This document shows, piece after piece, positions 1 to 11,628 of a stretch of DNA of 64,000 nt (position 1 is the first letter of the stretch; every line of letters starts with the position of its first letter). Origin of the DNA: Vitrella brassicaformis CCMP3155 (lineage: Eukaryota; Protista; Chromerida); NCBI GenBank assembly GCA_001179505.1, contig CDMY01000164.1, positions 1-64,000 of the forward strand. Reading direction: 5' to 3'. The notes beneath the pieces are model-generated. The model worked only from the letters and a program-made list of their open reading frames with translations. It was not told the DNA's origin and did not search any database. A program made the translations under genes and the position numbers.

Positions 1-89
1 GACACATGAGAGGGAGGGGGCGAGGTGCGGGCCCATACATGCATTCGTTCTCGGTGTGCGTCGTCTGATGGCTGTGTGTGTCCCACCAG

Positions 90-1780
90 GTCACTCGGTG
101 GTGCCAGTCACCTCAGTCGACGTACCAGACGGCTTCTTGGGAGCCGATGAGCTGGAAGCTCGATTCCCTTACGGCACCAGCGACGTTACCAAGTCGCTGG
201 CAGTGGGCGTCCTCGGCCGCACCATCCCCAGCCCACAGCACGTGACCGACCTCATCCAACAGGGAGCCAACCCCAATATCAAGCCTCAGCTGAGGAAGAA
301 GGGCAGCAAGGTTGATGGGTTCGGCTACTCGCTGCTTACTCTTGCTGTCCACGACAAGGCAGACAACACCTTCTCGGCCATCCACGCACGCCAGGATGAT
401 GACGATGATGATGATGATGATGAGGGTGATGAGTGCCGCGTGGTCCTGCCGCAGTGGCCGTCTGATGAGCTGCAGGCGGCCATCATGAAGGCACTCATCG
501 ACGGAGGTGCAGACGTCAACGCGACATACAGGGACGCCGCCAGCAGGCCCATCTGGGTGACCATCCGATGCGGCAATGAGGCTGCCTTCAAGCTGCTAAT
601 GGCGCAGGGTGGCATCGACCTGGAGAGCATCTTCCTGATGGCGCTGCCCCCATCGCTGCATCCGATTCTCCCGCAGTATCAAGAGGTGCAGCTGTCGATG
701 TTTCGGCACCTCATCACACGAGAGCCCACCCTCGCCACCGAACGGGCCAACGGCGGCAACCTGGTGCACCACGCGGCCGGATATGCGTGGGGCCACCACT
801 CCCAGTCCTTCATCGACACCTACCTCGACCTCATCACGGCGAACGGGGCCGACATGACGGCAGACGATGGCGGCCTTGGGGAGACGCCACTGCACTACGC
901 GGCAGTGTATGGCTCTCCCTACGTGGCCGACTACCTTTGCCGCAAGCTGCCCGCTGACCAGATCAACAGACGGGACGGAGTCGGCGAGACGCCCCTCAGC
1001 AAGGCTGCCGAGATGCTCGATCACCGCACCCAACAGCTGCAGCTCCCCGACACACCCGAGGTCACCAGGGAGCGGTGGCGCGCCAAGATTGACGACTTCA
1101 AGCTGGCCATCCGCACCCTGCTGCGGGCGGGTGCCGACATCACCACCATCCCCACCATCCCCACCATCCCCACAGCCACAGAAAAGGACCGCCGTCAGCG
1201 CCAGCTGGTGCTGACGGAGTACCCCACGGTGCTCAACGAGCTGCCCACTGCCGTCATGTCGGCCGTCAACGCCGCCCTCGCCCCCCACCGCTCCCTCGCG
1301 GCCCTCCTGACCCCCCGGCTGGCCGTCGGCCCGCAGGAGGCCGCCATCTTCGGCTGGCGCATCGCGTCATACCTCTTCGACATGGATGCCGCCAAGGAGG
1401 CCATCGGTGAGGCCATCGGTGTGCGGCACACCGACATGGCCCGGCGTGTGTGTGCGGCAGCGGAGCACTTCGTCCGCTCGGCAGTGTACCAGGCCAGTAG
1501 CAACAGGGAGGTGGTGGGCGGGACGGCCGATGTGGGCGGCCAGGTGGTGCGTGTGCCGCAGCTGCAGTGCTTTGTGGTCGGCGGTGTGGGCGGCCGCAAG
1601 ATGGAGTTGCGTGAGGTGGTGCAGCGGGCCATCGTGGACGAGGCGGCCAAGTGGGGGCTGACGGGGGAGATCGACAACGGCTTCAGCAAGAATGTGGCTG
1701 CGGTGGTGTGGGGGGCGGTGGGGTGGGTCGAGAGGGGGCGGGACGGGAGGGAGACATTCAGATCGCTGCAGCTGACATGA
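90..1780 (+). CDS. Ankyrin-repeat protein, copy ANK-1 (large terminal exon; 5' exons lie outside the window)
   Basis: ORF 56..1780 has ankyrin motifs (GADVNA, GETPLHYAAVYGSPYVADYL, GETPLSKAA) and the family C-terminal domain LVLTEY...GWRIASYLFD...FRSLQLT. The acceptor cccaccag|G at 89/90 matches the same junction in the other four copies. Confidence 0.85.
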
Positions 1781-2802
1781 GATGCGGACACACAGATTTG
1801 GGTGGCAGGCAGGTTTTGGTTGCTGTTTTTTTTTTCTATTCCAACATTGCCGTGTGGTGTTTTCCATGACGTGCTGTCATCGCTCAGTATCCGTTTCTTT
1901 TATGGCGCGTTATGATGACGCGTAACATGAATGTATGTATGTGCGTGTGTGTGTGCGTCTAGTGCTTCGGTGTCAATTGACTTTTTAAGTACATCAGTCC
2001 AACACCACAGCTCTCCGCGCACGATGCAGTGAAGAGAAAAGGGCCACGAGAGAGTGACGCAGTCAGGCAGCGATCTTGCGGCTTGGGCGCTGCACGATGA
2101 ACTACCGTTGACTACGCACTGCTCACACACATACACGCACAGGCAATGACAAACCAAACGATCACTTTTCTTGGCGGATAAGCCGTTCGTGTGTGTGGTT
2201 CGAGGTGTGGTGTGCGTGTGCAGGAATGGACTTTTTGCCGACGTTTTTATGTACGGACGGGTCGATCGAGTGAAGGTGTGGACGAAGTGATACACACGCC
2301 ATGGCCATGAACCCATCCATATTCTCGTGAACGCATCCATCAGCCATATGCACAATGTAGGTCGGCACACCCACGAGAGAGACATGGGAGAAGTCCCTCC
2401 ACACGCACAACACACACGTGCACGCTCATATGCACATAGTTCCCGCCCGCCCACAAGCAAGCCAGCCGGCAATCTCTCTCAACCAATTCACCTGCAGGCA
2501 GCAGGTGAGGCGTCACCGTGTGAATGAATGAATACACGATGACGTCTCTCCACCCGTCTGCCTGCCTGCCTGCCTACCTGGCTGCCTGTCTGCCTGCCTC
2601 TTACCCGCCCGGCCCCCTCTCTCTGCACCAACGCGTATGTCTCACGACACCGCCCCCATCGTACCGGCCAACCAGCAGCGACAGCCATCCATCCATCCAC
2701 ACCAGAACCCCCCCACCTGCCTCCGTCCCTCATTCATCTATGTCATCCACTACTCCTCCATCGCATCGTCACCGCCGCTGTCCAAACGCGCCTCCGAGTC
2801 AG

Positions 2803-4987
2803 CTACTGGAATGCGGCCCCCAGCTGCTGCCATGTGAACTTGCAGTCGGCATCTCCCAGGTGGGTGTTGAAGCCCTTGGCCACCGCACCGTCCGCCAGCC
2901 CCCACTTGGCCGCCTCGTCCAGCCTGGCCCGATGCACCACCTCACGCAGGCCCACACGACCACGAGTGTGCACCGCCTCGCGCGGACGGCTGTCGACACC
3001 CTCGAGCACGAAGCACTGCAGCTGCGGCACACGCACCACCTGGCCGCCCACATCGGCCGTCCCGCCCACCACCTCCCTGTTGCTGCTGGCCTGGTACACT
3101 GCCGAGCGGATGAAGTGCTCCGCTGCCGCACACACACGCCGGGCCATGTCGGTGTGCCGCACACCGCTGGCTTCCTCTGTGATGGCCTGCTGGGCGGCAT
3201 CCATGTCGAAGAGGTATGACGCGATGCGCCAGCCGAAGATGGGGGCCTCCTGCGGGCCGACGGCCAGCCGGGGAGTCAGGAGGGCCGCGAGGGAGCGGTG
3301 GGGGGCGAGGGCGGCGTTGACGGCGGCCATGACGGCAGTGGGCAGCTGGTTGAGCACTGTGGCATACTCGGTGAGCACCAGCTGGCGTCCACGGCGACGG
3401 TCCTCTGTGGCTGTGGGGATGAGATTGATGTCGGCACCCGCCCGCAGCAGCGAATGGATGGTCAGCTTGTAGTTGGGAATCTCAGCGCGATGCCGCTCCT
3501 TGGTTTGCTCGGGTGTGCCCGGGTCCTGCAGCCGTTGGGTGTACCAATCGAGCTGTCTGGCAGCCATGACGATGGGCGTGTCACCGTGGTAGTTCCGTCT
3601 GTCGATCTGGTCAGCGGGCAGCTTGCGGCAGAGGAAGTCGGCCACTTGGGGAGAGCCAGACACTGCCGCGAAGTCCAGTGGCCACTCCCCAATGAGGTCG
3701 TCCTCTGCTGTCATGTCGGCCCCGTTCGCCGTGATGAGGTCGAGGTAGCTGTCGATGAAGGACTGGGGATAGAGCCCCTTTGAGTCAAAGGCTGCCCTGT
3801 GCACCAGGTTGCCGCCGTTGACCCGTTCGGTGGCGAGGGTGGGGTCTCGTCGGGCGAGTCGCTCATACATCGACATGAGCACCTGCGGATACTCGGGGGG
3901 AGGCGGACGCAGGGGACGGCAGCTCCATCACCATGCGTGGGCCTTCTGGTACGCGCAGGTCGATGTCTTGACGAGCCATCAGCGGCTCGAAGGCCGTCTG
4001 GTTGCCATACGCAATCGCCACTTGGAGTGGCGTGCCTATTCTCTCCAAGTCGCCGGCTGCCGCATTGGGGTCGGCTCCTCCGTCGAGGAGTGCGGTGAGG
4101 ATCGCCGCCTGCAGCTCGTCAGACGACCACTGGGGCAGGGCGACGGGACGGATGACAGCATGACTGTCTTCTGCTTTGACAGTCCGGATGGTGTAGCCCG
4201 ACTTGTTGTCAATGGCGATGGCGAGGAGCGAGTAGCCGTAGACGGCACCACTGCTGCCCCTGCCCACCAGCCCAGTGATGACATCCGGGTCGGCGTCCTG
4301 CTCGATGAGGTCGGTCACTTGCCGTGCGTCGGTGATGCGGCGGCCGATGATCCACCGTGACAGCTCCCTGGTGGCGTCGCTGGTGCCCTCGGGGAAACGA
4401 GCCTCCAGCTCATCGAGTCCGATATGGCCGTCAGGCACAGGAGCAGTGGGATCCGCCAGGTCACTGAGAGGATGACCTGTGACACACACAGCCACACACA
4501 ACGGACGGCGGTTGAATGTCATTGCGCACAGTATCCTCCCTCGCGTCTGTCTGGCGTACCTTCCTCCTCATATTCCCAGTCGTCGTCCGAGTCTCTGTCA
4601 TCGATATCGTCATCTTGGTCGTTATCATCATCCTCCTCCCACATGCCATCCTGACACACAACAAAGAGGCAAGGGAGAACAAACAACGTATGTGCCTCCA
4701 TCGCATGGACCAGTGTTGGTGTTGATGAGTGCCTCACCGATTCGTCTCCATTTCCTGCCTGCGGACCCTCACCACCGTCGGCCATCTCATCGGCCATCCC
4801 GTCGTCCTGCTGCTGCTGGTCGCCTGGACACCAACACACACACACACATGGCATGAGTGTGCTGCTGGTGTGTGTGTGCGTCGAATGGTGTGTGTGGCAG
4901 GTCTGATCACTCACCGCTGTCTGCGCCATTGCGATCTGAGTCCTCCGCCTGTCCACTGCCGCTATGCTCCTCCTCAGCTACATCGTC
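2803..4987 (-). pseudogene. Ankyrin-repeat protein ANK-2, frameshifted (pseudogene or assembly error)
   Basis: Two overlapping frames (3863..4522 and 2803..3882) together give one family member. A 2-nt deletion at ~3918 (gacggcagct vs gacggggcagct in ANK-5) shifts the frame. Small acidic 5' exons at ~4560-4650, ~4737-4826 and ~4915-4987; start codon not resolved. The C-terminal tail differs from the other copies. Confidence 0.7.
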
Positions 4988-5583
4988 TGCACACACCACA
5001 AATGTACAGGAATGATATGATCCTGCGTGTTTGATGTCCTGCATCGTCCTTTCCACATCCAGCGCCTTCCATGGCAGCGCAGTGCATCTTGCCATCGTGA
5101 CCTCCAGACATTACTCACTCAGACACCAACAGCTGCACGGACCACGCACAGAGAGGCAACAAGAGGTGGCTTTGTGCCCGCGCTGTGGCGGTGTTCACCT
5201 TTGATGAGTCAATAGATGGCTGTGTAGAGGCGCTCCATCAGTCCGTGCTGCCTCGTTGGTAAAGCAGCTCTGCATTCCACATCATGGTGGCTCGTGCTGA
5301 ACCAACCAATTGATTGCTCACCGTTGGCGCACGCTGATCTATGGACGCTGATTCAGGTGAACCAGTGGTGAACCAAACTCAGCCGCACCTGGACAACTCC
5401 CGACCGAAAAAGAGAGTGGTCCTCCACTCTTCTGCAGCGTCAGCTCGCACTTCGTGGGGGCCTGACTCCACTGCCATCCTTTTCGGCTGTCCCAAGGTTC
5501 TCTGGTGGGTTTCCGCCTACCACCCGGCTTAAGACCTGGGCTGTTTCATAGAAAGCAACTGGAAAGAAGACTTGAAGCCTTTC

Positions 5584-8564
5584 ATGGTGGTGTCTCCCGT
5601 GTCGTCGGCGCGTGGGCTGATGACGGGCCCTAACATGGTTTATGCCGCCATGGGGACCTTCCTGGCGGCCTGCGCCATCGCGGGCCTGGCCACATCGTCT
5701 GGCGGGGTGCTGCTCTTCACCTTCACTCTGGCGGCCCTGCTGGTGGTGGGGGAGCTGCTCTACTCAAAGTTCCTGGCGAGAAAGGTCTTTGGGATCAGGC
5801 CGGGTGAGCCGGTGCCCAGCAAGGACCCGGCGCACCAGGGCAATATCGACTACCATGCGTCCGACCCCTTCCTGCTGTTCGGACACCATTTCACCTCAAT
5901 CGGTGAGTGAGCCAAGTGAGCAGCGAACAGCGTGGCTGCGTGAGGATGTCTGTGTGTGTGTGTGTGTCTTGGCGATGCAGCTGGTGCGGCTCCCATTGTG
6001 GGCCCGTCGATAGCGATGTACTACGGCTGGCTGCCGTGCCTCATCTGGATTGTCGGAGGGGTCATCTTCGCCGGAGCTGTCCATGACTTCGGCGCACTCG
6101 TCCTGGCCACAAGAAACAAAGGCGAGACTCGCCAAAACGAGAATTCAGCACGTGCAGACAGGAGAGGAATTATGCCCTAACTGGCTGCCTGCCTCTGTCC
6201 CTTCTGTCAGGCCGTTCTATCGGAGACATGTGCGGCATCATTCTGTCTCCGCGGTGTGGTATCCTCTTCTTGTGCCTGCTATCTTTTCTGACTTGGCTGC
6301 TGATAGCGGTGTTCGTCAACGTGATAGCCAAGCTGTGGATCGACTTCCCGGAGACCGTTCTGCCAGTCAACGGACAGATACTGGTGGCAGTGGCTGTGGG
6401 GGTGCTCTGGAGATATAAGAAGCAGCAGGTGGGCATCTTCTGGCCATCGGTTGTGGCACTTGTGGCACTCTATGTGCTCATCTGGCTGGGAGTCGCCGTC
6501 GATGAAAGGTAAGCCTCGACCAACCGAGAGAGTGGGATGCATCGACGAGCCTGTTTGTTTATGGTGTCAGGTTCGATCACCCCTTCCAAGTGGTGCGGGG
6601 CTCGATTTGTCGAAACGCAGTGATGGAGGAGGGCTGCGAGTTCGGCGCACAGCAGGTGTGGACAATTGTCATTGGGGTCATCATCTTCGTCAGCAGCCTG
6701 CTGCCCGTCTGGCTGCTCGTCCAGTCCAGGAATGCCATCAACGCACTCCAGCTGGAAACCTGCATGTGAGCCATCTTGTAGCAGACTTTCAAGCGCCCAC
6801 CAACATCCATCTGTGCGTCAGGCTGGGTCTCTTCATCGGTCTGCTGGTGGTCAGTCCAAGTATCAATGCCGATGTAGTGCGGTCGGCCGAGACCAAAGCC
6901 ACTGAGGCGTCGCTGGGTGGCGGAGAAGGAGACCCTCTGTTCCCCATGCTGTTTGTGACCATTGCCTGTGGGGCCGTCAGCGGCATACATGGGCTCATTG
7001 GATCCATGTGAGCAAGAGACCCACACACACACGCATTATGCTGGAGTGGTTACCTGTCTGTCTGCGTGTCTCAGAGTGACCTCCAAGCAATTATCGTCGA
7101 CAACCCACGCCCGCCCCATCGGCTACGGTGGCATGCTCGGCGAAGCAGCTCTCGCAGCGCTCGTGACCACCATCTGTGCAACAATGGTCAGTGAATTTCA
7201 ATCGTGGCACCCATGCTGTCTGCCTGCCGCCACATCCATGCCCTTTCCCTCCCAGGTGACGTACAGCGACGCTTATGCCACGTGGAAGGATGCGTCAGGG
7301 ACCGGGCAGAACAACTTCGTCCACGGCGGTGGGGCGCTGTTGGCGTCTCTGGGCATTCCCGTTGCTGCGTCTCGATCCGTTGTGGTTGTCATGGTCGTGG
7401 CATTCGCCTCAACCTCACTCGACACATACGCTCGTACGGGAAAAGGGGAGGGGGCGACGCACAGACAGCTTTCTATGTGTGTGAATGTGCGGCTCAGGTA
7501 TGCAGCGCATGCTGATAGCTGAAGTGGGCGACACAATCGATCAACTTGTGTATGGGAAGCAGACCGACTCGCCCGTCTCCGTGTGGAAGAGGCCAGTGAG
7601 GGTGCTCACCCGGGCATTTCAGCATCCCTTTGTCGGCTGCACCTTGGCTGTTGTGCCGGCGATCTTCCTGGCCAACTCCCGGACAGTCGACTCGCTGTGG
7701 CAGCTGTTTGGCGCGACCAACCAGATGGTGGCCGCTCTCAACCTTCTCACGGTGAGCGATGAGACATGGACAGGGATGATATCGTGCGGATCTGAAGAAT
7801 GGCTCGTCCATGTGTGTGCAGATAAGTGTTTATCTCTTGCGGCTGACGTCGTCCCCATGGAAAGCCCTGACCTACTTCGCGCCCTTCATTTGGCTGTTTG
7901 TCATGACCAGCTGGGCTCTGCGGGTCAGCGACTTGAATTGAGACCTCCAGCCTCATCTCTGTGCACATGTGTTGGTCATCTATGCGTCTCCAGGTCCAGC
8001 TGTCGAGTTGGTTGACCGCTCCTAGACTGGGCGCCTCCGATTGGCTTGCTATCATTATCGGCTTTCTCATCGCATGTCTGGTGGCGTGGATCGTGCTCGA
8101 GGTCGCACTTTGGATCGCACAGGGAAAATACAAACACGACAGCAGGTATGCGAATGGCTGTCCAACGTATGCCCACAGTTTTAACGATCCTCTCTACGTG
8201 TGATTTATGCAGGTTCATCTGTGAGGATGAGGATGGCCGTGTTGGCACATACAAGATGACTAAGAATGGCATTCCACCAGCTGTCGAGACTCGTTCTGCC
8301 GACTTTCCAGCCAAGAAATCGTCTTCTGTGATCGAAAGCGACGCTGGCGACGGATGCAGCACTTCAGCACCCCGCGCCATGTCCAAACAGGATGGTTCGT
8401 TTGTAACTCAGCCGAGCATCTCCATAGAGAGACAGTACGATACAGAAGCAGCAGGGGAGGAGGACGACTTCGATTGCGGCGACGCGTGCGAAGAAGAGGA
8501 GGCCACGCGGCGTGTCAGGGCCTTCTTCGAGAGGGCCGCTGAGCACGGCATGGCCTGTTGCTAG
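5584..8564 (+). CDS. cstA: Carbon starvation protein A (CstA)-family peptide/pyruvate transporter, copy 1; 11 exons
   Basis: Spliced translation contains CstA hallmarks [58 protein letters not shown](I)[12 protein letters not shown] and [15 protein letters not shown]. Introns at about 5903-5980, 6122-6210 (GC donor), 6509-6570, 6766-6821, 7008-7074, 7187-7255, 7434-7497, 7752-7821, 7924-7993, 8146-8212. Confidence 0.9.
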
Positions 8565-8565
8565 G
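5615..8565 (+). repeat. Left arm of ~3 kb inverted duplication (CstA gene)
   Basis: Reverse-complement match to 11629..14520 from ggctgatgacgggccc to the stop codon; identity is patchy. Confidence 0.9.
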
Positions 8566-9165
8566 CCGAGAGTCCCTGCCTTTATATTTCTGTCTCCCTG
8601 TAGATACACGTACGTCATGTGGATAGAGGAGACATGTGATGTCTATGGGTGGACCTTCTTTTTCCGTTTGGGACTTGGCTGATTACAGCGACAAGTAAAG
8701 AAGACAGGCGGGCGGTCGCGATGTATAGGGCTTGGTATGAAACGTATATGTCCATGTAATGTATCCTGTCGTGTACCCCGCCATCATGCCTCATGACAAG
8801 TGCTACGTCGAGATCGCATGTTTGCTTTATGCTCGCTGTCGGTGTCTCGTGGTGAGTGACGCTTTGTGGTATAGCGCGAGGGATCCTTTGCTTCGCTGCG
8901 GGTCGGTAGGGTCGCGATATGGGTGTTACATGCAAATAACAGCAAGATTGAAGAATCAACAAACACTGCGATGATGTAGGCCGAAGTGTCTTTTCACTGG
9001 ACCAGCTCAAATTGTCAGTGACTCTATAGACAGACAGACAGACCGATACATACACACACTAGCTTGGCACATATTACAGAATACTCCGTCTGTACAACAA
9101 ACGTTGCTACGCAAGCCCACTATCAGCTCACTCAGGACACATAAATGGCCGGCCCCTCAACTTTG

Positions 9166-10103
9166 TCAGTGCCTCCATTTCTTCTCATGACCGCCTGCCA
9201 TTTGTGGCTCGAGGAAACCGCGGAACGACCAGTCACTGGCCACCCACCGAGCGCCATACCCTTCACGTGTGCGCACCTGGCCACCCACCCACCCACACAC
9301 ACACGCGTCGCGGACATGATGGCACTGGCCTTGAAGTACGAGAGTCGCTTGCTCACCTCCAGAATTGCCACGTATTCCTCTTTGCTACCATCCGGAAGCC
9401 CATGAACATTGACCCACGTCCGATCAGCCAGTATGCTCTCCACACGATGACGCGCCTTGGCGTTTTTCTCTGCTTCAGAGCCACTGTTAACACCCCACCA
9501 TCCGTCAGAAGCCCGCCCGGCATGCTTGGTCCACGCACGACCCCCGACCGTCAGCTGGTGTCCCTTCGGCTCACTGGGGTGAAAGGGCGCATCAAATGCA
9601 TCGAGCAGGACGGGAATAGAAGGCGGCACCACATCGACGGATCCTTCAGTCGTTCTTATCCCAACCAGCGTCATAACGCCACGAATCCCGATCCTTCCAA
9701 GAAGCTCCTGCGCCTTCAGCCCAGAGGGGGCGTCACATAGGTCTCCCACCAGGGGCTGCAGCGGGATGAGTCGTCCGATCTGCTCTGCAGTGCTCTCGGC
9801 GAAATCCTCAGGCTGCATCATGGACCCGAACGAAACAGGAAATCGCTGAGGCGCGGCATGCCATCTCTCGAGGGCAGCTGCAAGCGCCTGAGCTCCCCAT
9901 GGATGGCTGTCGGCCGTGCCATCAATAAAATGCCGCCATTGCGGGTCGGGGAAGATGACCTTGGCCCCCAGCATAACCGCCTGAAGTAGAGGGCCGGACG
10001 AGCTGCTGCAGAAAGCTCCAGGAGGGCCGGATGGTCCCTGTGCAGGACGTGCATGGCGGCTGAGAAGAAGGCCCATGGACACGAGGACGCACAAGATCTG
10101 CAC
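9166..10103 (-). CDS. Uncharacterised protein resembling the C-terminal domain of plant ASCH-domain proteins and stand-alone bacterial homologs; 5' end uncertain
   Basis: ORF has LTVGGRAWTKHAGRASDGWWG..GSEAEKN..A...V..IL....WVNVHGLP...ILE. Removing GT-AG intron 9277-9356 adds VRTREGYGARWVASDWSFRGFLEPQMAGGHEKKWRH*, which matches my recollection of the plant motif EIRV..GYGARW....FIGFLEP..EDGH.KGWKH. Family link is from memory, not searched. Confidence 0.65.
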
Positions 10104-10283
10104 GACATAGAGAAGCGACGAAATGGATCGCTTTCTTCGCCGCTGGCTCTGTGTGCACCTGACGTCTGGTTTGCAGCTTTGATTCTGAGCGTTAGAGCAA
10201 AGAGTAAAACACGTCTGCGAGCTATCGTGAGTTCCTGGACGAGGCGAAAGTGGGCAGATCTACCTTGTCGGCGAGGCTAGAGG

Positions 10284-10760
10284 ATGGTCCACTCGTTCGG
10301 CAAGCGCGCGCGTACGCGCGACAAGTACTCGAAGGCCTTCCGCAGCAAGGGGAACCCCTCGGTGTCGCGGTACCTGCAGAACATCAAGAAGGGCGAGTAT
10401 GTGGACATCGTGTGCGACGCCTCGGTCCAGAAGGGGATGCCTTTCTCCTACTACCACGGCAAGACGGGCATCGTCTTCAACGTGACGCAGCACTCGGTGG
10501 GCGTGCAGGTCAAGAAGCGCGTGCGCAACCGGGAGATCTGGAAGCGGCTGCACGTGCGCATCGAGCACGTGCGCAAGTCGAGGTGCCAGGAGGACTTCCT
10601 GCGTCGCGTCAAGGACAACGACAAGGCGCACCACGAGGCCAAGGAGAGGGGCGAGAAGGCCATCACCAAACGCACACCCGAGCAGCCGGGAGGGGGCGAG
10701 AAGGTCATCACCGACGAAGTCCGCGTGCTCGAGCCGCTCACCTTCGTCGAAAACTACTGA
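10284..10760 (+). CDS. RPL21: 60S ribosomal protein L21 (eL21), intronless
   Basis: 158 aa MVHSFGKRARTR...GEYVDIVCDASVQKGMPFSYYHGKTGIVFNVT..SVGV...KRLHVRIEHVRKSRCQEDFL, the canonical eL21 sequence. Confidence 0.97.
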   Translation: MVHSFGKRARTRDKYSKAFRSKGNPSVSRYLQNIKKGEYVDIVCDASVQKGMPFSYYHGKTGIVFNVTQHSVGVQVKKRVRNREIWKRLHVRIEHVRKSRCQEDFLRRVKDNDKAHHEAKERGEKAITKRTPEQPGGGEKVITDEVRVLEPLTFVENY

Positions 10761-11628
10761 GGCGCGAGGCGACTGACTGAGTGGGGAGGGAGGGAGGTGC
10801 AGACACCAGACGGGCGCATGATGACAGGCAGGGGAGGGAGGGGACGTATGCGGTTGCTCGGTGGTTCTTTGGCTGGGCAATGTGCCTTCGTCCTCTGTCT
10901 TGTCTGTGGTTGGAGTGTGCTGTGGTGTGCTTCCCGTGACGCATGTGCGCGTTTTCGCAGTGAGAATGGACTTAATGGTGATGCGACTCTCAGTGTCAAG
11001 CAATCAATCTTGCGTGCTTTAAATCGGTGCCGGGTTCCATCCATCTCAGTCGCTGGTAATCGTATCACACAACATGTGGCATGATTCTTGTCATCAATTG
11101 TAGCCCGTTTCTGGCTACACCAAATACGCAACCCGAACTCGATCAAATGCACATGGGGGGGAAAGACCAGACCACCCAGGACGCATTGCGTCCACAGGTG
11201 TGTACTTCTCTCCCTCCCCTCCCCTCTGCTCCCCCCCTCAGCAAAAGAGCAAGCCCAAAGAGTTCTGCCCCACCACCCACCATTCAAATAACAAACATAT
11301 ATAGCTGTGCACACGAAAACACCCAGTCCAGACCGGGCCCTTTCAGCCCGTCGGCCTGTTTGTTCACCTCACCTATGCCGGCCGGCCACAACCCCCACCA
11401 GAAAACGGCTCGCCACGGCCAGCGAGACACCGACATTTCCTCCCTTCCTCCTTGCGATGACTTTTCGCATAGCATATACACACCTCCCTCCCTATCCACA
11501 CGGAAACACGCGTATCCACACACACACACATAGAGAAAAAAGCCAGAGCATGCCATGCCATGCGCAGGAGACGACAGAAAAACTCTGACTCGTTGCAAAC
11601 ATCCATCGACGGCCTACCACCACCCCTC

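Noticed and set aside
10284-10760. RPL21 as a processed retrocopy because it is intronless
   Set aside because: Intact full-length frame with strong codon bias, no poly-A tail or target-site duplication seen; intronless ribosomal protein genes are not exceptional.
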